A stretch of DNA of 64,000 nt from a bacterium (GCA_021836035.1 JAKBJL010000001.1:287765-351764), one strand, 5' to 3'; positions 31,084 to 40,666 are shown, counted from the first letter of the stretch. Made by a program: numbers and translations. The notes: generated from the sequence alone by a model not told the origin.

Positions 31084-31844
31084 ATGGGAAAATACTTCCG
31101 CTATTATTTTCGCTTGTTTGGTATGAATTTAATGGATGAGATGGCGAATCGGGAGAATTTTTTCGCCTGGTTTGTTATTCACTCGCTATCGCTTCTTACC
31201 TATATTTTGTTTTTTGAAATCATCTTTTCGCAGGTGAGTGTAATAAACGGTTGGACCAAGTACCAGGTGATGCTCGTCCTGGGTATTGGGTCACTTATTA
31301 CCGGATTAGGATCGATGACTTTCTTCTCGTTTATGTATTCCTTCGCGCGGGATATTGCCAATGGAGATTTTGATTATAAATTGGCAAAGCCTTTGGACAT
31401 CCATTTCCTTTCTGCGTTCTGCTGGGTAGATTTGGAAGATATCATTGTCGTGCCCAACTCCATAATCTTAATTATTTATTTTGGTTAGGGATTCCTCTTT
31501 TTATAATTTTGCTGACCAGCTCGTTATTTTTTCTTTTCTCCATTCTTACCCTGATCGAGACTTTGGCGTTCAAATTTATCCAGGTGAATTCTGCCCGGGA
31601 TTTATTTTGGGCTTTCGTGAATACAGGGAAATACCCGGCTAAGTCTATTTCCCGCATCTCCATATTGGCCGCAATTATTTTACTGCCGGTGGCGCTTATG
31701 TCCTCTGTACCGGCCGAGGCGCTAATGGGCCGTTTTGAATGGAATTGGATTCTCGGGTCAATTGGAATTACGGCGATATTATTCATCTTCAGCCGGAAAG
31801 TATTTCTGTATGGTTTGAAGCGCTATTCTTCTGCCAGTTCCTAG
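31084..31844 (+). pseudogene. ABC-2 permease subunit B, pair 2, frameshifted
   Basis: Two ORFs in different frames; one extra T in the T4 run at 31479-31482 restores ...IIYFWLGIPLF... through to KRYSSASS. Confidence 0.75.
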
Positions 31845-31975
31845 CAGAAGAAGCAACTGAAGTTTATCTTCTTCGACCGGTTTCTAGCGCCGGGAAGGAT
31901 AAACATTGGGAGCAAACAGCTAGCGATAATTGCCCAGCGCGCGCGCGACATTTATTGATTATAGTTTAGGGATTT

Positions 31976-33094
31976 TTACGATTTTTGGAGTTTAACAACT
32001 ACCGAATCGGTATCCGGCGTAGGGTAAAAAAAGGAACGAGAGAGGTTAAATTGTTCCTGAATAATATAACGGCGGTTGAAATTACTCTTTTCCCATCTGC
32101 GAATTATTTTAGCGGGGAGAATGAGGACCGCGGTTTCAAAACGGAGGTTAGCCAGCTTAAAAAGCACCGGCCCGGCGGAAGAATAGGGAAGATTAGAAAT
32201 TACTTTATTAAATTTGAACGGCGGTTTCTTAGTGCGGAACAACTTAAAGAAATCTTCATAGATTATTTCGACATTTTTCGGTAGTCGGTTTAGCGCCGGA
32301 CGGAATTGAGGATCAATTTCGACGGCGATAATTTTTTCCGCTTTCTCCGCTATTTTCTGAGAAAGTGAACCCAAGCCAGGGCCGATCTCCAAAACTACAT
32401 CCTGCCTTTTCAGTTCTGCCAGGCCAACGACGCGATCAATAATTGCGGAGTCGGTCAGGAAATATTGACTTTTTAAGGGGTCGGGTAGAATTTTGTATTC
32501 CCGCAGAGTGCTTTGGATACTTTCCAGTAAATCATTTGCCAAAGCGAAATTGTTTTGGGACCTTAATACTTTGTATGGTAATTTTTCGCTGACTGTCGAG
32601 ACATTACCGAAATACTTTTCCATTTGGTCTTCCAGGCGATAAGTGGAATTAATAACGGCATAAAATGCACCGTTTTCGTTGAGATGATGCCGGGCAAATT
32701 TTACCAGAAACGGGATTACCGAGATATTTTTCGTCCAGGGGGGATTAGTAATAATTAAGTCAAATTTTTGAGGAAAAGCGGAATAGGTTACATCGCCTTT
32801 TAAAACTTTCGCGTTTTTAATTAGATTTAACTTTAAATTCTTTTCGGTGCAGGCTAAAGCCTTCGGGTCATTATCCAGCAGATAAACAAATTTATCCGGG
32901 TAAAGTTTAGCTAAGATGATTCCCATCGCTCCCCAGCCACAGCCTAAATCCAGAAGCGTGCGGATATTTTCTGCCGGGCGAATTGAATCCAATAGTATTC
33001 GGCTCCCCTGGTCCAGCTGGTTGGGAGAGAACAGAGAGCTTTCGGTTGCAAATTGGAATTCCTGTCCGCCGCAGCGAACTTTTATCTCCCGCAT
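31976..33094 (-). CDS. Fusion of RsmC-like (MTS) methyltransferase and RsmA/KsgA-like methyltransferase domains
   Basis: LLDLGCGWG and NPPW in the N-half; QYFL, VLEIGPGLG, SNLPYS and FYPTP.TDS in the C-half. Confidence 0.8.
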   Translation of the reverse strand: MREIKVRCGGQEFQFATESSLFSPNQLDQGSRILLDSIRPAENIRTLLDLGCGWGAMGIILAKLYPDKFVYLLDNDPKALACTEKNLKLNLIKNAKVLKGDVTYSAFPQKFDLIITNPPWTKNISVIPFLVKFARHHLNENGAFYAVINSTYRLEDQMEKYFGNVSTVSEKLPYKVLRSQNNFALANDLLESIQSTLREYKILPDPLKSQYFLTDSAIIDRVVGLAELKRQDVVLEIGPGLGSLSQKIAEKAEKIIAVEIDPQFRPALNRLPKNVEIIYEDFFKLFRTKKPPFKFNKVISNLPYSSAGPVLFKLANLRFETAVLILPAKIIRRWEKSNFNRRYIIQEQFNLSRSFFYPTPDTDSVVVKLQKS

Positions 33095-33159
33095 AGCAGC
33101 AGTATAACAAAAATACCGACGGGTTCTTGATAATCGTCTAGTGCTAGAGCATAATTTTA

Positions 33160-34158
33160 GTGTCTATGGCGCTTATTGAGGTAAAATACCTTTCCAAATA
33201 TTATCAGGTGCACCAAAAAGAGCCCGGGCTTACCGGGTCTATCCGGAGTTTGTTTCATCGGAAATATTATGACGTTAAAGCGGTTGATGGTGTCTCTTTT
33301 ACTATCGATGAAGGTGAACTGGTTGGTTTTATCGGGCCTAACGGCGCCGGGAAAACTACTACCCTGAAAACACTGTCCGGGCTGTTGTACCCGACCGGCG
33401 GGGAAGTTTCCGTTCTGGGTTATATTCCCTGGAAGCGCCAGCCGGAATTCCAGAAGCAGTTTGCCCTAGTGATGGGCCAAAAAAACCAACTTTGGTGGGA
33501 TCTTCCGGCAATCGAGAGTTTTATTCTAAACAAAGAAATTTACGAGGTACCGAAAGAGAAATATGAAACCACACTTAATGAATTAGCGGAACTATTAGAT
33601 GTGAAAGATCTACTAAAAGTCCAGGTGCGCAAGCTTTCCTTAGGAGAAAGGATGAAAATGGAGCTAATCGCGGCTTTGATTCATAGTCCCAAAGTCTTAT
33701 TTTTAGATGAACCGACAATTGGCTTGGATGTCGTCGCCCAGAAGAAAATGCGCGATTTTATTAAAGTTTACAACCAGAAATACCGTTCGACGATTATTCT
33801 TACCAGCCACTACATGGATGATGTCAAAGAGTTATGCAAAAGAGTTATTATTATTGATCACGGGAAAGTCCTTTTTGACGGTTTGCTCGAAGATATCGTC
33901 AGGAAATATGCCGATCATAAAAATATCACAGTCATTCTCGACCGGGAACTGGACCGCCGGCAAATTGAACATCTGGAAACTCTCGGCGGGGTGAGGGAAT
34001 TTATTTATCCGAAATTAATTCTGCAGGTACCGCGGGAAAATTCCAACAGGGTGGCGTCCAAATTGCTGCAAAGCTACCCGGTCGCGGACCTAAATATTGA
34101 AGAGTCGGAAATAGAGGATATTATTAGGGAGGTATTTACCGGCAAAGATATGGCATGA
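33160..34158 (+). CDS. ABC transporter ATP-binding protein
   Basis: GPNGAGKTT, LSLGE, LFLDEPTIGLD, LTSH. Confidence 0.95.
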   Translation: MSMALIEVKYLSKYYQVHQKEPGLTGSIRSLFHRKYYDVKAVDGVSFTIDEGELVGFIGPNGAGKTTTLKTLSGLLYPTGGEVSVLGYIPWKRQPEFQKQFALVMGQKNQLWWDLPAIESFILNKEIYEVPKEKYETTLNELAELLDVKDLLKVQVRKLSLGERMKMELIAALIHSPKVLFLDEPTIGLDVVAQKKMRDFIKVYNQKYRSTIILTSHYMDDVKELCKRVIIIDHGKVLFDGLLEDIVRKYADHKNITVILDRELDRRQIEHLETLGGVREFIYPKLILQVPRENSNRVASKLLQSYPVADLNIEESEIEDIIREVFTGKDMA

Positions 34159-34952
34159 GGAAATACCTGACTGTCTTTACCGTTTCCTGGCAGAACGGTT
34201 TTGTTTATCGTCTTAACTTTCTCCTTTGGCGCCTTCGCAGTGTTATTGTAATTATCACTGTCTACTACTTCTGGGATGCGGTTTTTAGAAACGGCGGGGT
34301 AATTTTTGGCTATACCCGGGATAAAATTCTTACTTATGTTTTTCTGACTTTAATTTTGCGTTCTTTAATTTTGGGGCAGAGAAGTATGGACGCGGCCGGG
34401 GAAATATCTGACGGCAGACTTTCAAATTATCTGCTGAAACCGTTAAACTACCATTTCTATTGGTTTACCAGAGATCTGGCGGATAAGTTGTTAAATATGG
34501 CTTTTTCGGTTATAGAGATAATTCTTTTATACTTTATCCTTCAGCCGCCCGTTTTTCTGCAGACCAACATATTTATCTTAATTTATTTTCTCCTGACGGT
34601 AATTTTGGCGGTTATCCTGAATTATCTGCTCGGTAACGCGTCTTCTTATTTTTCTTTTTGGACACCCGGGAATGCCTGGGGCTTTTGGTTTCTTTACCTT
34701 GTCTTTCAGGATTTTCTCGGGGGAGTTGCTTTTCCCTTGGATATATTTCCGAAAGCGGCTTATGGCCTCATAATGTTGCTGCCGTTCCCTTATCTGCTTT
34801 ATTATCCGGCGAACATTTATTTAGGAAAAATTAGCGGAGCTGATATTTTTCAAGGATTTATTATTATGCTTTTTTGGATAGGGATTATTATCTGGTTGCT
34901 GCGGCAGGAATGGCGCTGGGGGTTAAAGAACTATCAGGCGGAGGGACGATAA
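34155..34952 (+). CDS. ABC-2 family permease subunit A, pair 3
   Basis: DGRLSNYLLKP, LPFPYLLYYP, GLKNYQAEGR. Confidence 0.87.
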   Translation: MRKYLTVFTVSWQNGFVYRLNFLLWRLRSVIVIITVYYFWDAVFRNGGVIFGYTRDKILTYVFLTLILRSLILGQRSMDAAGEISDGRLSNYLLKPLNYHFYWFTRDLADKLLNMAFSVIEIILLYFILQPPVFLQTNIFILIYFLLTVILAVILNYLLGNASSYFSFWTPGNAWGFWFLYLVFQDFLGGVAFPLDIFPKAAYGLIMLLPFPYLLYYPANIYLGKISGADIFQGFIIMLFWIGIIIWLLRQEWRWGLKNYQAEGR

Positions 34953-34956
34953 GCAT

Positions 34957-35736
34957 ATGAAAAGATATTTAATAATTTGGCTGCGGATGACCCTAAACTC
35001 CTTTCAGACAATATTAGCTTCGCGGTTCGGAATAATTATTTTTATTTTCGGAAAACTATTACGGTTTGGCCTATATCTTACCTTTATCTATTTTCTTTAT
35101 ACGGGGACTAAGGGTGTTGTTGGTTATGACCGCAATAAAATGTTGTTATTTTTACTTAATTTTTCCTTTCTGGGGGCTGTTGGCCAAATGCTTTTCCGGG
35201 AAGCTTATCGCTTCCGCACCAAATTGGTTTCTGGAGAATTTGATTTCGATTTGGTTAAACCGGTGCATCCGCTGCTAAAAAATCTCGCAGGTGGATTCGA
35301 CTTGTTGGATCTGCTGACGATGCCGGTATTTATTTACGTACTTTACAAAGTTTTAAGTCTGATTAATTTTAATACCTCTCAATTTATATTTTATGGGCTG
35401 TTATTTATGAATGGCTTAATGATTATGTTTGCTATCCACGTATCGGTTTTAGCTTTCGGAATTATTACCACCGAAGTGGACCATTTGGTGATGGTTTACC
35501 GCGACCTCGAAACCATGGGGCGGTTTCCGGTAGACATTTACCGCGAACCGCTCCGGCAGTTTTTGACTTTTGCCGTCCCCGTAGGCATAATGTTCACTTT
35601 TCCCGTCAAGGCAATTCTGGGATTGCTCTCCTGGCAGGGAATGCTGGCTGCTTTTATTTTGGGAGGGTTGAGCTGTTACTTTTCATTGAGGTTTTGGAAT
35701 TTTGCCGTTATGAAATATTCTTCTGCGAGTAGTTGA
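34957..35736 (+). CDS. ABC-2 family permease subunit B, pair 3
   Basis: GEFDFDLVKP, RFPVDIY, KYSSASS. Confidence 0.87.
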   Translation: MKRYLIIWLRMTLNSFQTILASRFGIIIFIFGKLLRFGLYLTFIYFLYTGTKGVVGYDRNKMLLFLLNFSFLGAVGQMLFREAYRFRTKLVSGEFDFDLVKPVHPLLKNLAGGFDLLDLLTMPVFIYVLYKVLSLINFNTSQFIFYGLLFMNGLMIMFAIHVSVLAFGIITTEVDHLVMVYRDLETMGRFPVDIYREPLRQFLTFAVPVGIMFTFPVKAILGLLSWQGMLAAFILGGLSCYFSLRFWNFAVMKYSSASS

Positions 35737-35752
35737 TGGTAAAATAAGCCTC

Positions 35753-36937
35753 GTGACTTACTTCATTCAGACTTTCGGCTGCGCAGCCAATACGGCGGAT
35801 TCGGAAAGGATTGCCACGATGCTCCGGGATAAAGGTATAAAGCCCGCCCGGTCCGTCGAAACCGCGGACTATGTTGTTATTAATACCTGTATGGTGCGGG
35901 AGAGCGCGGAGAATCGGGTATACGGTTTACTGCATAATTTGCAACAACAAAAAAAAAGCGTCGGCCCGCAGCTGATCCGTCTCTGGCGGAAAGAACAAAA
36001 AATAATCCTGACCGGTTGCTTGGTAGGGATGGCAGTCAGAGACGGGAGCGGGAAAACGATGAAGCGGTTGCGTAGAAAGTTTCCCATGGTAGACGAATTT
36101 CTACCGATTGAGGAGGTGGGTTTTGACATCTTACCGCTAAGGCAGGATAAAATTCAGGCCTTAGTGCCGATTTCTAACGGCTGTAATAACTTCTGCACCT
36201 ATTGTGTCGTTCCCTTTACCCGGGGGCGGGAAAAGAGCAGGCCGTATGCGGAAATAACGGCTGAATGTTTAAAGCTTAAAGCCAAAGGTTATCAGCAGGT
36301 AACGCTGGTAGGGCAGAATGTAAATAGTTATGGATCCGACATTATAAAAGGGGTTGGGGGTCGGGGACTAGGGGCTATAAATACAATAAAAATTTGCAGG
36401 AAGGAGATTAAACCCGTGATGGTGAAATCGATGGGGAAAAACAGAATTCCGACCCTGTTCCCTTATCTTTTGGAAGATATCGCCAAAATGGGATTCGGGA
36501 GAGTGGATTTTATTTCTAGTAATCCCTGGGATTTTTCGCCGGAGCTGATAAGGATAATTGCCGGCAACCCGAACATCAGCCGGGAAATTCATCTCCCGGT
36601 ACAGTCGGGAGATAATGAAATCCTGAAGAAAATGAATCGTTTTTATACGCGCGAAGAATATTTGCAGTTAGTTAAGGGTTTAAAGTCTAAAATTAAAAGC
36701 TTAAAGTTATCGACGGATATTATTGTGGGGTTTCCGGGAGAAACTAAAGTACAATTCCACAATACCGTGGATCTATGTAAAAAAGTCGGCTTTTATAAAG
36801 CTTACATTTCCGAATATTCCGATCGGCCGATGACTGCTGCCCATAAGCTTTACAGGGATGATATTGCTCCCCGGGAGAAAAAGCGCCGCTGGCTCGTCTT
36901 AGAAAGGTTAATTAACCGCCAATTTCGAAATAGCTAG
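35753..36937 (+). CDS. miaB: MiaB-like tRNA methylthiotransferase (radical SAM; no TRAM domain)
   Basis: TFGC, INTC, TGC, GCNNFCTYC, HLPVQSG, DIIVGFPGET; adjacent to miaA. Confidence 0.82.
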   Translation: MTYFIQTFGCAANTADSERIATMLRDKGIKPARSVETADYVVINTCMVRESAENRVYGLLHNLQQQKKSVGPQLIRLWRKEQKIILTGCLVGMAVRDGSGKTMKRLRRKFPMVDEFLPIEEVGFDILPLRQDKIQALVPISNGCNNFCTYCVVPFTRGREKSRPYAEITAECLKLKAKGYQQVTLVGQNVNSYGSDIIKGVGGRGLGAINTIKICRKEIKPVMVKSMGKNRIPTLFPYLLEDIAKMGFGRVDFISSNPWDFSPELIRIIAGNPNISREIHLPVQSGDNEILKKMNRFYTREEYLQLVKGLKSKIKSLKLSTDIIVGFPGETKVQFHNTVDLCKKVGFYKAYISEYSDRPMTAAHKLYRDDIAPREKKRRWLVLERLINRQFRNS

Positions 36938-37702
36938 TCTGCCCCCCAAAAAGGTTTTCGCTAAGGCTGCCGATTTCCGGGGATCATCGGAAGTGAAGAA
37001 TATCTGTGTCCCCCGGGACCTATCGGATAACAAATTATTGGCTGCCAGCAGTTCTTTTAAAGCCCGGGCGGTAGGTTTAGCGGAATCGACGATGGTAAAT
37101 TTATTGCCCAGAAAACCGGCGATTTTTTCCCGCAGAAGAGGGTAATGGGTACAACCCAGAATCAAAGTGTCAAGGGCATCGTTTTTTATTTCCGCCAGAT
37201 AATCGGCGATCATAAGGTCGGCAACGGGATGGGAAAATAAACCCTCTTCAATAATAGGAACCAAGAGCGGCGTGGCTTTGGCTTTTATCCGGACCGACGG
37301 TAAATATTTATGCAGGGTTCGGGCGTAAATGCCGCTATTTATGGTGGCGGTGGTGCCGATGACCGCCAGGGATTGCGATTGGGTTAGCCGTAAGGCTTCG
37401 CTAACCGTAGGTTCAATAACGCCGAGGACCGGAAGGGGGCTGAGTTTTTTAATTTCCGGAAGACTTGTAGCCGAAATGGTATTGCACGCAATGACAAGCG
37501 CCTTGACGTTTTTTTGGAGCAGGATTTTTGCCAATTGAACGGCAAATGTTTTAATAGTTCCCGGACTGCGGGTACCATAAGGAACCCTGGCGGTATCACC
37601 AAGGTAGATAAGTTTTTCCCGCGGCAAAATGTTCCGGATTTCCTTGACTACCGTTAGTCCTCCGATCCCCGAATCAAAAATCCCTACCGGCCGGCTATCC
37701 AT
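36908..37702 (-). CDS. murI: Glutamate racemase
   Basis: FDSGIGGLTV, ACNT, LGCTHYP. Confidence 0.96.
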   Translation of the reverse strand: MDSRPVGIFDSGIGGLTVVKEIRNILPREKLIYLGDTARVPYGTRSPGTIKTFAVQLAKILLQKNVKALVIACNTISATSLPEIKKLSPLPVLGVIEPTVSEALRLTQSQSLAVIGTTATINSGIYARTLHKYLPSVRIKAKATPLLVPIIEEGLFSHPVADLMIADYLAEIKNDALDTLILGCTHYPLLREKIAGFLGNKFTIVDSAKPTARALKELLAANNLLSDRSRGTQIFFTSDDPRKSAALAKTFLGGRLAISKLAVN

Positions 37703-37719
37703 AGTGTAGAATATAGCAT

Positions 37720-38676
37720 ATGGATAAGCTTTTGGTAATTACCGGGCCGACCGCTACCGGGAAAACCGCTTTGGGGTTAGAACTGGCCCGCAAATTTAAC
37801 GGCGAAATTCTCTCGGCAGACAGCCGGCAGGTTTATCGGGGGATGGATATCGGGACGGGAAAAGACCTGCCGGAAAATTCAAAATTTGAAATTCGGAATT
37901 TGAAAATAGGAGCGCCGTCGGGGGTCACTTTCGGATTTTACCGTATTGCCGGAGTTCCCGTGTGGGGTTTGGATATTGTAGAGCCAGATTATCCTTTTAA
38001 TGTTTCCGATTATGTCGATTATGCCAACGCTGTAATAACTGATATCCAAAATAGAAATAAACTGCCTATTATTATCGGTGGTACCGGGCATTATATAAAG
38101 GAATTGTTAAGTCCTTCAGAAACACTGCATATTCCTCCGGACCCCAAGTTAAGAAACAAGCTGAAAAATTTTTCGCTTGCAGAACTCCAGCAGGAATTAA
38201 TTGCCATTGGCAGGGATAAATGGGAATCGATGAACAACTCGGATCGAAATAATCCCAGGAGATTGGTACGGGCCATAGAAGTGGCGGAGCAAAAAAGCCC
38301 CTTGGGCTGGCGATCTTCCCCCGCCAATCGGCGGGGTGCGGGTCTAAAAAAATTACCAATAAGAAAAACCTTGATTATTGGTTTATGGGCGCCATATGAT
38401 TTTCTTTACAAGCGGATAGATAAGCGCGTAGATGAAAGGGTAGCGGGTGGGATGGCAGAGGAGAAAATAAAATTACGGAAATACAAGTCGCTGCCTAATA
38501 CCTTGGGATATAAAAATGAAGCGCTGCAGAAATGGAAATTTGCGGAACACGCTTATGCCCGCAGACAGATGACCTGGTGGCGGAAGCAGCCCGATATCAA
38601 CTGGCTGGATATTTCCCGGGGGAACATTCCCGCGGCGGCGGAGAACCTTATTGATAAATGGTATAATGGAGCCTAA
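37720..38676 (+). CDS. miaA: tRNA dimethylallyltransferase
   Basis: GPTATGKT, DSRQVYRGMDIGTGK, GGTG, YARRQMTW. Confidence 0.93.
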   Translation: MDKLLVITGPTATGKTALGLELARKFNGEILSADSRQVYRGMDIGTGKDLPENSKFEIRNLKIGAPSGVTFGFYRIAGVPVWGLDIVEPDYPFNVSDYVDYANAVITDIQNRNKLPIIIGGTGHYIKELLSPSETLHIPPDPKLRNKLKNFSLAELQQELIAIGRDKWESMNNSDRNNPRRLVRAIEVAEQKSPLGWRSSPANRRGAGLKKLPIRKTLIIGLWAPYDFLYKRIDKRVDERVAGGMAEEKIKLRKYKSLPNTLGYKNEALQKWKFAEHAYARRQMTWWRKQPDINWLDISRGNIPAAAENLIDKWYNGA

Positions 38677-39698
38677 TGCAGGCCCGAAAGCGCGATATTT
38701 TATATGCCGGGATGGCCCTTCTCGGCTTGTGGTTGATATATATCGAGAGATCTGTTCTCACCCCCTTTCTTCTGGCTGCGGGGTTTGCTTATATTCTTAA
38801 CCCCTTTGTCAGTATCCTCTCGCATAAAATGCGCCTACCCCGGACCCTTTCCATCGGGCTGGTCTATCTGGTGATTATTACCATTTTGGTCTATTCAGGA
38901 ATATTTATCGGTGAAAGGTTGGGACGGGAATCGGCAGAATTATCGGGAGAGGCTAAGGTGTTAGTCCGGGCTCTCGAGACGCAAACATTATCCCTGCCGG
39001 ACTATCTTCAGGAACCGGTTAAAGAGATCATCGAGTCAACCAGGGCTTCTTTACTCTTGGCGCCCAGAAAAGCCCTACCCTATTTTTCCACCGCCCTATC
39101 CAAAACTATTAATTTTTTGGTTTTCCTAGTCGCCGCTTTTTATTTTTTAAAGGACGGGCAGAAGTTTATCGATGCATGGGAAAATCTTTTCCCGGAGGAT
39201 ACCAGGGTGGAGGTGGAGGTTGTTTTACGCAAAATTAACCACGTCCTGGGTAATTATTTACGGGCAGAACTGCTTTTGGTCTTAATCATAGCCACCCTGT
39301 CATTTATTGCCTTGACGTTGATGGGGGTAAAATACGCCCTAATCCTAGCCGTTTTTACAGGCTTCGCGGAGCTGATTCCCTATGTCGGGCTTACGGTCGC
39401 TACCATGGTAGCCGCAGTCGTGGCTTATTTTGACGGAGTTTCTGGCTTGGGGCTATCGCCTTTATATGAATCGTTGGTCGTAGCGGCGGTATATATTGTT
39501 TTAGACCAGCTGAAGGATCTTTTTATTGTTCCCCAAGTGCTCGGCAGGACGGCCAAGTTACACCCGCTGGTTATCTTATTAGCGGTTCTGGCCGGTGGTC
39601 ATTTATTCGGGGTTATAGGCTTTATTGTCGCGGTTCCTTTGGTCGCCTCCGGAAAAATTGTATTGGAGTACGCGTTGGAAAAGACCAGTCAAAAGTAG
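38676..39698 (+). CDS. AI-2E family transporter (UPF0118)
   Basis: AYILNP, IPYVG, LHPLVILLAVLAGG.LFG. Confidence 0.88.
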   Translation: MQARKRDILYAGMALLGLWLIYIERSVLTPFLLAAGFAYILNPFVSILSHKMRLPRTLSIGLVYLVIITILVYSGIFIGERLGRESAELSGEAKVLVRALETQTLSLPDYLQEPVKEIIESTRASLLLAPRKALPYFSTALSKTINFLVFLVAAFYFLKDGQKFIDAWENLFPEDTRVEVEVVLRKINHVLGNYLRAELLLVLIIATLSFIALTLMGVKYALILAVFTGFAELIPYVGLTVATMVAAVVAYFDGVSGLGLSPLYESLVVAAVYIVLDQLKDLFIVPQVLGRTAKLHPLVILLAVLAGGHLFGVIGFIVAVPLVASGKIVLEYALEKTSQK

Positions 39699-39710
39699 TA
39701 AAATTCCCTT

Positions 39711-40138
39711 GTTCTTTGAGAGGCCGAGTGGCTACCCTTTGAATCTCCCCGCTCTTAGCGGGGATCGCTCAGGGCTATAACCCTGGATTCGCAGGGAGGA
39801 AAGTCCGGACTGCAGGAAGCAGGGTGCCCGCTGAAAGGCGGGGTTTATCCGCCTGTCCCTTCGGGGCAGTTGAGGTTGACAGTGAAGCTACAGAGACGAG
39901 TCCCTCGCCAGCCTAAAGCTGGCGGGAGGAGTGAAACGACGCAATTCTCCCCGCAGCAATCCGCCGAACGACCGGAAGGCAGCTTCCCCAAACGCCCGCC
40001 TGCAACGCTTTGCGTAGCAATACGGGCAGGGTCAAAGTAGCGGAGCATTAGATAGATGGCCAATCCCGAGAAAGGCCCCACGTTCGGCGTGGGGATTTAC
40101 AGGATAACAGAATCCGGCTTACGAGCCTCTCAAAGGAC
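39711..40138 (+). ncRNA. rnpB: RNase P RNA (reduced type with hairpin insertions)
   Basis: GAGGAAAGTCCGGAC, ACAGAGA, GTGAAAC, AACAGAATCCGGCTTA; P1 GTTCTTTGAGAGGC/GCCTCTCAAAGGAC. Confidence 0.93.
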
Positions 40139-40207
40139 AAAAATCAGGGGCTAGATAAACAAGCGGTTTTACTAGCTGCTAGCCCCTATGTACTCTATAA
40201 TGTATCT

Positions 40208-40666
40208 GTGGCTATCGTTTCCGAGAAACAAAAACTACGGCATGCGAAGTATCTGGCGGAAGGGGAACGGATTATTAAGGTTTTCGGCGTGGGCCGCCGC
40301 TACCTCTGGTTCTCGGTTTTAACCTATTTTCCCCTGGCTTTTCTTCTTATCGGTATGCCCAAGCTTTTGGAAGCACTTCATCTTTGGCACGCCAAGACTT
40401 ATATTTTTACGGATCGCCGGGTAATAATTAAGGATGGCATTTTTTCTATTAAAACTACCTCGGCCCCTTACGACAAGATAACCCATATTACCGTCCGGGA
40501 GGATTTTATGAAAAAATTATGCTACGGTATCGGCGATATTACTATTCATACTGCCGCCGCTGGCCCGCAGCCGATTGAAATTGATATTATTAAAGTGGAG
40601 GAACCGATGAAAATTAAAAACCTGTTGGAGCAATTGATGACCGCGGAAAAGCATGGAACAATCTGA
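40208..40666 (+). CDS. Membrane protein with bacterial PH (bPH_2) domain
   Basis: TM hairpin followed by YIFTDRRVIIKDGIF...GIGDITIHTA. Confidence 0.8.
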   Translation: MAIVSEKQKLRHAKYLAEGERIIKVFGVGRRYLWFSVLTYFPLAFLLIGMPKLLEALHLWHAKTYIFTDRRVIIKDGIFSIKTTSAPYDKITHITVREDFMKKLCYGIGDITIHTAAAGPQPIEIDIIKVEEPMKIKNLLEQLMTAEKHGTI

